Below, in pieces: positions 1 through 11,782 of a stretch of 64,000 bases of DNA. Numbering within the stretch: position 1 is the stretch's first letter; the number at the start of each line of letters is the position of its first letter. Source of the DNA: Cyanophora paradoxa CCMP329. Taxonomy: Eukaryota; Plantae; Glaucophyta. A model generated the notes under the pieces. That model was not told the origin of the DNA. It did not search any database and saw nothing but the letters and a program-made list of their open reading frames with translations. The position numbers and the translations under genes are program-made. Location: NCBI GenBank assembly GCA_004431415.1, contig QPMI01000444.1, positions 201,417 through 265,416 on the forward strand, written 5' to 3'.

Positions 1-3000
1 GAGTTGGACGACGGCGTCGGGCGTCGGGGGCCCCTCCAGCCCCACCACCGCCAGCCACGCCTGCGCGCCCGCACGCCGCGTCAGCGCCCCGCCGTGGGGT
101 GGGGGCGGGGCGGGCGCGCGTCGCCGATGGTCTTGAGGTGCTGGACGCCGCGCTCGTAGGCGAGCTCGTCGAGCTCGGAGTAGAGCTCGTTGAGCATCGC
201 GACGAGCTCGGCCGGGTCCAGCGAGGCCGAGAGCGGCGTGAAGCCGACGATGTCTGCGCGGGCGGGACGGGCGCACGCTCAGCCCGGAGGGGCGCGTCCT
301 CTTCGGGGAAGGGGGGCACGGGGCACCGGCGCAGAGAACGGCGACGGACTCGTAGTACTCGGCGACGGGGGCGCGGTTGGCCCCCGGGGCGGCCTCCGGG
401 CTGCTCTTGAGCTTCTCGGCGACGGGCGGGGGCAGGCAGAGGTCGAGCAGGTGCTCCGTCCCCGCGCACTCCTCGGCGAGCGTCGCCGTCTCCCGCTGGA
501 GGTCCCGGTTCAGCACGAACTCCGTCCGCGACTCCAGCTCCCGGAACCACGAGGCCAGCCCGCACGTCGCCACAATCATCTGCGCGGGGCCCGTGAGTGG
601 AGGAGGGGGAGGGTGGGAGGGCGCGGGGAGCGGGGGGCACCGCGATGTCCCAGAGGATGGGCCCCGCGGGGACGCGGGTGACGCCCCACGCGATGAGCGG
701 CTGCGGGGCGGCGGCGCGTCAGCTCGGAAGAAGGCGAGTCCGGAAGCTCTCGAGGGGTACAGGCCGCACGATGGCGAGGAAGGCGGCGTCCCAGGGGAGG
801 CAGTCGGTCCAGGGGAGGGCGGGGCCCGGGAGCGTGTGGAGGAAGAAGAGGTCCACGAGGACGTCGGCGCCCCCGAAGAAGGCCGCCGAGGCGGGGGCCA
901 GCCCCACGCGGAGGTAGCAGGCGTGCGCCGCGAGGACGAGGGCGAGGCCGTTGACGGCGGCGCGCGCGCGACGCTCGAAGGAGGCGCCGAGGAAGAGGCT
1001 CCAGGCGAGGACGAGAGCGAGGGCGGTGCCCTGGAGGCCGTAGCGCCAGGCGAGGCGCGGGAGGAAGCCGGCGGGGTCGGCGCCCAGGGCGAGGTCGGCG
1101 AGGGGCCAGAGGAGCGTGTGGAGGAGCATGAGGGCCACGCAGGCGCGGAGGTGCGGGGCGCCGTAGGCGCGGGTGCGGCGCCAGTACTCGAGCTCGGCGG
1201 CCGGCTCGGCGAAGGTGCAGAGGAAGAGGGAGGAGAGGGCCTCGAGGCGCGGCACGCCGAGGCGGCGCAGCAGCTGGCGCCACACCGAGGGCGCCCCCGG
1301 CGCCCGCCCCGCGAAGAACGTGCTCGCCACCGACGTCCCCACGCTGCTCCCCACGGAGAAGCGCCCCGTCTCCGTCCCCCCGCTCCCGCGCCGCGCGGCG
1401 GGGGCCGGCGAGGCGTTGAGGGGCGGCTCGGGGGTGGGGACGTTGAGGGGCGAGTTGCTGCGGCTCGCGAAGTAGGCGAGCGGGGACGGGGGCGCCTCCA
1501 CCGAGGCCCTGGGCGAGGCGAGCGGCGTCCCGGGCCCGCCCCGGTTCAGGGGCGACCCGTGGCCCCCGCGCCCCGCCAGCGAGCCCGGCGCCGCGCGGGC
1601 CAGGGGCGAGCCCGGGGCGTGGCGGCCGGCCGACGGGGGCGGCAGGAGGGCCCCGAGGAGGCCCTGCGGCGTCTCGCCGGGGAGCGCCTCGGGCGCGACG
1701 GCCGCGGCGAGGGCGGTGAAGCCCGAGCCGCTCCGCACCGAGCCGTCGCGCTTGGGGCTCGAGGCGAGCAGCGCGGCGCTCAGGCGGGGCGGCAGGGCGC
1801 CCCCGCCCCGCAGCGACCCGCCCGGGCTCCCCGCCGTCGGGCTCCCCGGCTTGGGGCTCCCCGCCTTGGGGCTCCCAGCGAGCACGGCCCCGCGAGGTCG
1901 GCGCCCCGGGTCGAGCCGCCGGCCTCCAGCGCGACCGAGCCGGCCCGCCCCGCGTGCGGGCTCACCGTGTCCGACCCCCGCCGGCTCGTCGCGGGGCCCC
2001 CGCCCGCGCTCGATCGGCGCCGGCTCGTCGCCAGGCCGCCGCCCGAGCCGCGGCGGGTCGTCGGGGGCGCGTGTGCGTGCGGGACGGCGGCAACAGAGCC
2101 CCTGTGGCGGGCGGTGGGCGGCGCCGCGAGCGCGTGCACGTGCTCGCCGCGCAGCACCGCCGCCAGCTCCAGCGTCGCGTCGATGGGCGCCGCCCCCGGC
2201 GCCCCGCGCAGCAGCGGCACGCCGGCGCGCCGCCGCTCGCGCTCGCGCTCGGGCGCGTCGCCGGGAGGCAGCGGCGCGACGGCGGCGGCGGGGGCGGCGC
2301 GGAAGGAGCCGAAGGAGCCGTTGCGGGGGAGGAACTTGCGCGACATGTTCATCAGCCGCGCCTGCAGGCTCAGCTTCGCCCTCCCGCCCCCCGCCCCGGG
2401 CGCCGCCGCCGCCGCCGCCGGGGCCCGCCGCCCGCCGCCGGGCCCTCCGCCGGCGGCGCCTCGGCCGGCGCCACCGCCGCGGGCGGGTGCGGGGGCGGCG
2501 GGCCGTCGCGCTTCTCGGGCGCCGCGGGGGCGAGGCGGCGGGGAGGGCGGGGGCGTCGGGTGCCCCGGGAGGGTGCCGGCGTACAGGGGAAGGTCCCCAA
2601 GCCGCCGGAGAGGGGGCGCGGGGGCCGCCGCTTGCGGCGGGCGGCGAGGGGCAGCGCGCGCCGCAGCGAGCCGCCGTTGGCGCTGCCGCCGCCGCTGCCG
2701 CTGCCGGCGCCGTCCTCCTCGTCCTCTTCGGCCTCGTCCTCCGTGATGGCGTCGCCGCCGTGGGCGAGGTACTTGGCGACCTGCCCCGAGAGCCGCTGGA
2801 ACATCGACTCGCTCCGCGGCAGCGCCCCGCTGCGCGGCTTGGGGCGGGCGGGGAGGGGCGGGTCCTCCGGGTCGCCCCCGGCGAGGGCGCGCAGGGGGAG
2901 CGGCGGGGCGAGGAGCGCGCCGCCGGCGCCGGCGCCGGCTGGCGGAAGGAGGCCGAGACGGACTTGAGGGCGGAGCGCAGCGGGCGCGCCTCCGAGCCCG

Positions 3001-5929
3001 CCCCGGCCCCGGCCCCGGCCCCGGCCCCGCCCTCTGCCCGCGGCGACTGCGGCAGCGGCGAGGTCGCCTGCACGGCGTCGGGGTCGACGGCTGCGGCCGC
3101 GGCGGTCGCCGCGACTCCGGCCGGGGCCTCGGCGGGGCGGGGGACAACGCGGCTGGGGTGGGGGCGTCCGCCTCCTCTCCGTCGCTGAAGCGCAGTGCGC
3201 TGCGACGCCGCTCGCCGCGCTCCGCCGCCGCCGCCGCCGCCGCCGTGGCGCCGTCCGAGGCCGGGCGGCGGGCTGCGCGGGCCGTCCGCTGCCCCGCCGG
3301 CGCCTCCTCGGAGAGCGGCGCGGGGGCCGGGGTGTGGGGCAGGACGAGGGAGGCCGGGCGGTGGCGCCCGCCGGGCTGCTGCTGCTGCTGGGGGTCGGGC
3401 TCGGGGGGGCGGGCGAGGCGCAGGACGTGCGTCTGCATGAGGCCCTTGCCCTTGACCTTGAGCGGGGCCGGCTCGGAGAGCTCCCAGGGGACCTCCCCGC
3501 CCGCCTCCCGCCCCGAGGCCTTGAGGATGCTGCCCAGGTCGCCCGAGACGAGGGCGGCGCCCTGCGGGCAGTTCGCGCACATCCGCTGCGACGTGTTCAC
3601 CGCGTCCCCGAAGACGTCTGCGCCCCGCCGGCGTCACGGAACGAGGCGGAGGAGGGGCGCCCGCGGGGGGTGGGGGCCGCGGGCACCGTAGAAGACGCGG
3701 CAGCCGATGATGCCGGCGACGACGGGCCCGACGTGGGCGCCCACCTTGAGGGGGAACCCGAAGCGCGCGGCCGCCGCCAGCGCGTCCGCCGCAAAGCCGG
3801 CCGCCGCCTCCGCGCACTCGGCGGCCGGGCGCTCCTCGGGGAGGCCGCAGGCGGCCATGAAGGCGAAGCCGATGGTCTTGATTTTGAGGAGGCCGTGCCG
3901 CTCCGCCAGATCCTCCATCGCCGCCAGGTACGCGTTGATCCGCGGCATGATGCTGCCCCGCCCCCGCCGTCAGCAAAGTTGGGGGGCGGGGCGGGGCGGG
4001 GCGTGGGGACCTGCGCGTGTTCTGGGCTCGGACAGTCGGCGGCTCCGCGAGGTTCACGAACACGATGGCCGCTGCCGGGCGCGCCGGCGTGAGGGGGGAG
4101 GACGGGGGGCGGGAGGCGGCGGGAGCGGGGGCGGGCACCGGACTCGAAGCGCCGGTTGATGGTGTGCTCCCGCTCCTCCCGCCAGGCCTCGATGACGCTC
4201 TCGGGGAGCACGTTCCGCAGGATCTCGTCCGACCGCTCCTTCTCCTGGCTCGCCGCCGCCTGCGCCGCGCAGCCGGCCCGTCCGTCAGCGGGCCGCCCCG
4301 CGGGCCCGGGAGCCTTGGCGCCCTCGGGGGGCGGGCGGGCGGGCGGGCCTGGGTCTCGCGGGTGAGGCGGGCGAGGAGGAAGTTGCGGCGCGAGGTGGCC
4401 TCCAGCGCCCGCCCCACCACCGCCATCAGGATCGCCGCTGCGGCGGGCCGGGGTCGCCGAGGCGGGGCCGGGGGCGTGGGGCGGGCGGGGGGCGGGGGCG
4501 CACTCTCGAGGAGGGGAAAGGCAAAGGCGACGGGGGCGGCGGCGCTGTGGAGGTGCCCCACGCTCGCCCCGTACGTCACCGCGAGCGTCGCCAGCCCGCC
4601 GGCCGCGCCCCAGCGCCACAGCACCCGCGAGATCACCACCAGCGCCACCAGCGCCGTCGGCGCCACCGTCGCCACGTCGTACCGCTGCGTCTGCAGCCGC
4701 CGCGTCGGCGCGGCGCGCGCAGCGGGCGGGCGGGCGGGCGGGCGGCGCGCACGAAGGTGCGGGCGATGCTCGCAGCGATGGCGAGGATGAGGCAGAGCTG
4801 CAGCGCCGGCGGCGTGAGGCGCGGCCCGGGGCGGCGGGGCGGGGCGGGCAGGGCGCACGAGGGTGGCGAGCGGGGTGTGGGCGAGGCGGGCGCTGCGGCG
4901 GGCCCAGGCGCTGCCGAGGAACCCGAGGGCCACGACGCAGGCGCCGGCGCCCCCGAGGAAGGCCACGAAGGCCAGCTGCCGCCCGCCTCGGCCCGGCGCC
5001 AGGCGGGGCGGGGCGGGGAGGGGCGCGAGGGGAGAGACGCACGCGGGAGCGCTGGTCGGCGTCGCGCTGCTCGAGGCCGACGGCGAGGGCCTGGTAGAAG
5101 CAGATGAGGAGGAAGAGGGCGCCGCAGACGCGCGCCCGCGCCAGGCCCTGCGCGCGCGCGCGCCCCGCCCGCTCGTTGCCTCGTTCGCGCTCGCGGCGGC
5201 GGCGGCCGCCGCGACGGCGACTGGGCGGAGGGTGCGGACCTGGCGGGCGTACTCGCGGCGGAAGGCCACCTCGAGGTCGGCGTCCGCGAAGCAGAGGGAG
5301 AAGGCGCCGGTGCGGCCCTTCTCCAGCAGCGCCGCGCACTCCGCGCCGCGCTCCCGCGAGACGATGCTGTCGATGAAGCCGTACACGATCGCGTCGTCCC
5401 CGAGCCCGCGGCTGCTCGGCCGCGCCGTCCCCAGCGACCGCGAGGTCGGCGCCACGGAGCCCGACCGCTGCCTCACGCCCACCGGCGCCCTCTCCGCTGT
5501 GGCCGTGGAATGATCCGAGGGGATGCCCGCAACGCTGACGGATCGCCTCATGCCCGGCCCCCGGCCCCCGTGGCCGGATGCACCGGCGTCCACTTCGCTG
5601 TCGGCCTCCGCCCCCGCCGCCTGATCCGGGACATGCGCGACACTCCGAACACGCCGCCCCACAGACAAGCCGAGGCTGGAGAAACCGTCTGCAAGCCTTG
5701 CTGGCTGGGGGCTGAAGCCGAGGAGCTCGGGGAGCAGCAGCGAGCTGCGGGGCCGCGCAGACAGCTCAACGCTGCCGCGGGCGCCAGTGCGGGTGTCGCT
5801 CTCTGTGCCCTGTAGAGCCGCCGCAACTACGTGCGGGGTTCGGGGGGCCGGGCGGTCTTCCAGCAGCTGGTGTTTTTGGGCGGGCCCGCCGCCCGGTGGC
5901 GGCTGTGCGCCACCGGACGCGGCCTCCAT
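1..5929 (-). CDS. Transmembrane class III nucleotidyl (probably adenylyl) cyclase, TM-cyclase-linker-TM-cyclase; multi-exon, 3' end lies beyond the window start
   Basis: Spliced peptides. First cyclase domain (about 4250-3420): EKERSDEILRNVLPE...LLKIKTIGFAFMAACGLP...LKVGAHVGPVVAGIIGCRVFY|DVFGDAVNTSQRM...LKVKGKGLMQTHVL. Second domain (about 500-20): LLDLCLPPPVAEKLK...VAVLCA|DIVGFTPLSASLDPAELVAMLNELYSELD...HLKTIGDA. Hydrophobic TM blocks lie at about 5300-4380 and 1250-590. ATG at 5929. The long low-complexity linker shows apparent frame changes. Confidence 0.9.
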
Positions 5930-6592
5930 CACAATGCTATGTTGCTAGGCTGCTGACAAAGCCATCCTGCGCTCTGCCTTACACATCGGGGACTCAAACG
6001 GTGCGCTGCGCCGAAGTCGGACTCCGGCGCTCTCTCAACGATGTTACTTCTACCACATTCGCTCTCGCTGGGCAAGCCTTCGGCACAAAACCGATTATGA
6101 GCCCATCCGGCCTTCGCTGTCAGTCTACTGTACGGAATGGTGAAAGCAGCTCGCTGGTCCTTGCAACGGTGGTTCTGAAGCGCTGCTGCAATGGAGCGCT
6201 TGCTTGCTCCGCTTGGTTGCTCCGACCCTTCAATTACATGTACCCCCCCTGAGCGTCCCGTCTTTTTGGGCGCTCCGCTGGCGCACCCACGACTCGGCGT
6301 CCTTCAAACGCTGCTCGTTTAAGCTTTTCCTGTCGCCTGCAGCTGCTACTGGCGCACGGCCCCAAATCTTGAGGTCTTGCAGAGTTCCTCTACCCTGCCT
6401 GAAACGAGTGGCTCTCGCGAGTGGCTTACACAGCCGCAGACTAGCTGGTCGGTACGGTGGCAGATCCACGATGTTCTCTCACCATCAGCAGCTGCAGAGC
6501 ATCGCAACGCAAATGACGATCTAACTACAGCGGTGACGAAGCAGCTGCCAGCGAGGCCTGCGACTCGGGATCCCGGAGCTAGATCCGGCGAT

Positions 6593-7819
6593 ATGGAGAC
6601 CGGCGGTGGCTCGTCAGGAGAGTCATGGAGTGGTTCATCGACGCCAGAATATACGTCCAGGCCGTCCGTCTTGAATCTCGCAACGCGTACGCAACGCGTA
6701 GGCCGGGGCCTCTCTCGTGCCTTGTTTCCGACCTTTCTGCGCAGCGCCGTCTTCGTTCAGCGCCCTCGACAAAAGAAGAGAGGGAGCCGTCGTCCAGGCG
6801 TCCAGGAGCCCGCGTACGCGTGCGTGCCCCCAACCTCCGAGCCGGCCTCCGAGTGCTCCGCCGACCCCAACGGACAGGGCGCGACGAGGCGGCCGTCCTC
6901 GGGGCGCGATCCCTCCTCCGGCAGCGCAGGACGTCCTCGTCGGAGGGCTCGGAGGCGGGGTCGCCCTCGGCGGCGAGCGGGGCGGCGAGCCCGGGCTTCC
7001 ACGCGCTGGCCCCGGAAAGCCCCGGCGGCCGCCCCGGCGGCTTCGAGGCGCTTGGCCGCGTGCAGGCGGCCCTCGACAGCCACTCGCTGAGGCGGAAGCT
7101 CCTCGTCGGGCGCCTCCGCAGCCTCAGCGACGCCGGCGACGCCTACCCCGAGCCCCCCGCGCTCCCCATCCCGATCCCGGCGGCGCGGGCGCGGCCCGGG
7201 GCGGCCGACGCGCTGGAGCCGCCCGAGCCGCCGAGCCCGAGCGGCTCGTCGTCGGCCCCGCCCTCGCCCAAGGTCGAGGGGGCCCCGGGGCCTCGCCTCG
7301 CTCTGCGGGCGCCCCGCCTCCGCCTCCCGCGGCGGCGTCCGCCCGGGGGCCCTCCACGGCGCCTCCGCCTCGCTCCCGGCTTCGCCCACGAGTGGCCCCG
7401 GCCTCCTCTCCATGTTCTCGCCCCCCGCCACGGCCCGCACCAGCAGCGTCCCCCCGCCCCCTCCCTCCTCCCCTCGCCCCCGACGTCGCCCTCCCGCCCC
7501 CGTTCGCCCGCACCGGCCGGCCGCGCCCCGCTCCCTCTCCTCGCTCTCCTCCGCGCCGTCCCCGCCGGAGCACCCGCCGCGGACGTGCTCGACGGAGCGC
7601 GCGGGGCGGAGCAAGGCCGGCGCGGCCGCCGCGGCGGACGTCGGGCGGCCGCTGCTCCGGCTCGCCGGGGGCGGGGCCGGCGGGGCGGGGGCGGGCGGGG
7701 GCGGGAAGCCCGGGGAGGTGCTGGCGCCCACGAAGGAGTGGGAGACGGAGCTCTCCCGCCGCCTCAGCGCCGCCTCCCTTGCGGCCGCCCCGGAGCCCCG
7801 CCCCCCGCTCCGCTCCTGA
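6593..7819 (+). CDS. Hypothetical Ser/Pro-rich low-complexity protein (orphan)
   Basis: ATG at 6593 (METGGGSSGESWSGSSTPEY...), coding-like GC segments (FEALGRVQAALDSHSLRRKLLVGRLRSLSD), ending ...EWETELSRRLSAASLAAAPEPRPPLRS* at 7819, followed by an AT-rich 3' region. Internal exon structure and frames are uncertain. Confidence 0.5.
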
Positions 7820-8623
7820 CCCCGCGCCCCGCCGCCCCTCCCTCCGCGCCCCGCCCCCTCCCTCCGCGGCCCCTCATGTGATATATCTCGTTTTCGCGCC
7901 TCTGCTTTCAATTTTCACAAGCTTAAGAAGCGCAGTTGTATAGCATTTTTCTTTCAAAACTCAGCTCGCGCGGTGGTGTTATTCTTCCATTCATTTTTAT
8001 GAGCTTACGACCCGTGGCAGCACACAAGTACTAGCGCTAGCATCCGCATTGGACGGTCATTCAGTTTCTAGATCTTGACTCGGTGATGTATTTGCAGCTT
8101 GCATGCAGTGTGTGGTTTTCCTATATTTACGGTCGGTGGCGTATCTCTAGTACTAGTCAGGGGTCGCCCCATCATTGCCGCCTCCGTCGCCTCTGTAAAC
8201 CCACGCGCGTGTCTGTGTAAAGCGACTCGTCCGTTTGTGATTTGGAGTATACGTAGTCTATCATAGTATTTCGTTCGTGACGTACCATGTGCCAACAATA
8301 GTGTGTTTGAGCAAGTGGCGTGACGGTGACTTAGTGGTTGCTATTGTTCTTTTCCGGCTTTGCGCTCAGCGGCTCCGGCCACAGCCAAGCCGACGTGGTT
8401 CCGGAGGCCCTGGTGTATGTAGTGTACCAGTATGCTGTACGCTTTTCTCTTTTGGCTTCAGTTATTTGTCGACGTCATACATGAGTCATGAAATCGATAA
8501 TACACTGTGGTCACGATAGCTGGGCGATTAACATCCCCTCGCGGCTAAGTTGGCCCGGCGGGCGGAGGCCCAGCGTGTCCGTACGCGTGAACTACTAACT
8601 GTAAACACAACACTGGGGCCGGG

Positions 8624-10215
8624 CTAGGTGGGGCAGGGGTTGGCGAGGCGGTGCTCGAAGGCGACGACGACGGCGCGGAAGTGGACGAGCGCCGCCGCCA
8701 CCACCGCCACGTGGAAGATGCAGTGCGAGTGCAGCCAGACCTGCGCGCACCGCCCCGGCCCCCGGGGTCAAGGCGGCGCGGCGCCCCCCAGCGCGCGGGG
8801 CGGGGCGGGGCGCGCGCGCCATGACGATGGACTTGTCAGGGAAGAATCGCTCGGGGATCCGCGAGGCGTACAGCAGGGCGCCCCCCTGCGCCCCCCCGGG
8901 CCGGCGTCAGGCGGGGCCCGCGGGCCGGCCGGCGGGGCGGGGCGGGGGGCCCTCGCACCGTGTAGAAGGAGGCCATAGCGAGGAGGTAGGGGAGGCCGAT
9001 CGAGTCGCCCCCGTGGAGGAGCACCTTGTGGAGCACGGGCACCGCCCCCGAGAAGCCGAAGGCGAGGAACATGCCGGTGCGGAAGACGCGGTACTCCCCC
9101 CGGTCGAACCCCGGGAGCACGTTGAAGGCGCAGCAGGCCGCCCCCAGGGAGAGGGCCACGGTGCAGTAGACGTTCCGCAGCCACGCCTCGCACGCGAATC
9201 CGTACTGCGCCCCCGGCGCCGGCGCGGGATCAGAGGGCCGGATCGGAGGGATCAGATTTGATCCGGCGGGGGCGCGTGCGCACGTAGAGGAGGGGGACCA
9301 TGGAGCCGGCGACCATGATCGCGATGCCGCTGCGCCGGCCCCGTCAGCGAGCTCGAGTCGCGCAGGCTTCCGCGTCCGGGGCGCACGAGTAGTCGAGGCG
9401 GGCGAGGAGCTTGTGCGTGGTGTCCGAGTGGGCGCGGAAGAGATGGAAAATTGTGGAGGCGGTGAAGCACGCGATCGCCGAGAAGATGTAGATCAGGAAG
9501 ACCACCTTGTGCTCCCGGTCGTGCTCCCTGCGCCCCCGCTCAGCTCGGCGTGCTCCCGCAGCCCCGCCCGCGCACGGCCTGGCTCGCGCTCGCCCGCCGG
9601 GCCGCGCCGCGGCGGACGAACCACATCCAGTCCATCGTGTGCAGCGTGATGAAGAAGAAGAGGATCGTTCCTATAAGGTCTGCGCGAGCGAGGGTTCACC
9701 GACTCAGCCAGGCGGCGTCCTCCGGTTCACATGCGGCGTGCTTACGCGTCCAGCAGTTCGCCGTCTCGTTGTGCACCTGCCGCGAAACGCATTATTTTCC
9801 CGCGTACGCCTGCTTCAAAGCGCTCGCGTCCGCCCGGCCGCGCGATGGAAGCCGAACCAGACGATCGGCTTCAGCAGGTAGCCGCGCACCTGGAACAGGC
9901 TGAGGAAGCAACCCTTTAAACACAGCTGTGGGCGGTAGAAATCCGTAATGTACTGATTGTTCTGCGCCGCGGCCATCAGGGCATCGAGAACTGGTGCGAG
10001 AACGAAGCGCCCGCGGCCTAACCGCGCGCTGCTGGGGTGTCACGGCGCGCGTCTAGTTTAGCACGCACCCGCATCCATTGCGGAGACTCGCTGATGTGGT
10101 GCAGGCCGGCCTTTCTGGCGGGCCGTCTTTGGCGGACGCCGTCGACGGAGACCGACGGCGCCGACACTTCATCTACGAGCGGTGCGCACTCGCTCTCGCG
10201 ACTCGGCGACGCCAT
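8624..10215 (-). CDS. PAQR / adiponectin-receptor (haemolysin III-related) 7TM protein
   Basis: Spliced peptide ESPQWMR|NNQYITDFYRP...SLFQ|VHNETANCWT|HLIG...STIFHLFRAHS...RLDYS|GIAIMVAGS...YASRIPERFFP...HSHCIFHVAVV. It retains the family motifs HNETxNxWTH, SxxxH, D and HxxxH. ATG at 10215, TAG at 8624. Confidence 0.95.
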
Positions 10216-10388
10216 CCGGCGACCCGGGCGGAGCTGACGGGGGATACAGCGTTCGAGCCAAGCAGCCTGCCAAGTGCTGCCACGGAGGCGTAAGCGTCCA
10301 CGCAAAAATCTTAGCTACGCCGCGTGACCGGTGTATAGCCGGCCCCAATAGCTTGCGCACTCGAGTAGCTTTGCCGCCGGCTCGCCGC
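10216..10388. promoter_or_regulatory. Putative bidirectional promoter (PAQR / F-box)
   Basis: Divergent ATGs only 173 bp apart, with a lower-GC spacer. Confidence 0.55.
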
Positions 10389-11782
10389 ATGGCCTCGCCG
10401 GCGGCACCGGCCGGCATCGCCGACCTGCCGGAGGAGCTCCTGGTCGCTGTGTTCCGCGCGCTGCCGAGCAATGCGGATCGGTGCCGCGCCATGCTCACGT
10501 GCAAGGGCTGGTGCGCCCTGCTCCGCGAGCCCGACGCCTGGAACGACCTATCCCTCTGGTGCGCCGCGCGCCCTGCTCCCAGGGATTCCTTCGCCGACGC
10601 CGCCGGGCCGGCGCGGGCGCAGCTTGAGCGTGATGGCGTGGGAGGGGGCGAAGCCGTTCGAGGAGCACGCGCAGGGCGGGCCGCGGGGCCCGCCGCCGAT
10701 GGACGCGCGGCTGATCGAGGCGGTCCTGCGCCAGCGGCGCTTCGCGTCGCTGCGGGCGCTGCACCTGCGGATCCACGCCGCCGACGGATCCGTCGCGAAC
10801 GAGCTCCTCCGCCTCCTCCCCCTCGTCCCCGTGCGCCGACCCGCCCGCACGCTTTAAGCGTTGTGCGCCCCCGACGCGGGGCGGCGCGCAGGGCGTGGAG
10901 GAGCTGCAGCTGAGCGGCGGCTGCTTCCCCGCCTCCGAGTTCGTTGGGGACGTGCTGGCCGCCGCCCGCCTCTCCCTGCCCCGCCTCCGCCGCTTCTCGG
11001 CGCCCGTGCGGCACAAGGACCTGCGCCCGCTCTCGGCGCCCGACTCGCCCCTGGAGCGCGTCGCCTGGCTCGAGCCGACGGCGGCGATGCTGGCCTCCGA
11101 CGTGCTGAACCTGCGCGGCTGGTTCCCCCGCCTCGCCTGGGCCTCCGCCTGCCTGCTCGACCTTGACCTCGACGGCCTCGCCGCCCTCTCCGCCGTGCCC
11201 GCCCCTCCCCGCCCCGGAGTGCCCGCCTCACCTGATCCGACTCCCCCCCCTCAGCTGGACGCGGATGGCGTCGCGGCGGAGAAGCTGACGCTGGTGGGCG
11301 TGCCCGAGGGGGAGCCGGCCGCCGCCCTGGGGCGCCTCCTCGCCCGCGGCTGCGCCTCCCTCAGCGTCTTCTCCCGCCCGGGCGCCGTCTGCGACGCCGG
11401 GCCCCTCCTCGGCCGCCTCGCCGCCGCCGCCCCCTCCTACCCCTCGGTCCGGCGGCTCCTCCTGCCCCCCTCGGCCGCCTCGCGGGCCTCGCTGCCGCTG
11501 CTCGCGCGGCTCTTCCCGGGCGCCGAGTGCTTCACCACGTGCCTCGCCCCGGACGGCGGCGCCGGCCCCGAGGACCTGGTCGCCCTCGTGCGCGCCCTCC
11601 CGCGCCTCCAGGAGCTCTGCGCCAGCCGCCAGGGCGGGAGCTGGGCCGAGGGCGACGTCGCCCGCCTCGCCGCCGCCCGCTCGCCGCCCCTGCGCCGCGT
11701 CCGCCTCTCCGACGAGAGGCGCTTCTACAGCCACGTCCCCAAGCCTTCCGGCTCTTCATCGGAAGGCAATTGCAAGGGCTAG
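10389..11782 (+). CDS. F-box protein with LRR-like C-terminal region
   Basis: N-terminal F-box IADLPEELLVAVFRALPSNADRCRAMLTCKGWCALL. Downstream LRR-like segments LPRLRRF, FPRLAWA, LPRLQEL, LRRVRL. GT-AG introns. Confidence 0.85.

Noticed and set aside
377-5932. Very long ORFs in the track (1737, 789, 1457, 1277 aa, etc.) as single-exon genes or overlapping antisense genes
   Set aside because: Extreme GC content suppresses stop codons. The translations are Arg/Pro/Gly/Ala noise that pass in and out of real exons, and the conserved motifs assemble only after splicing.
8741-8826. GC donor in the last PAQR intron
   Set aside because: A GT donor 6 nt upstream gives a better fit to the family length (PDKSIVWLHSH), so it was not counted as a GC-AG intron.
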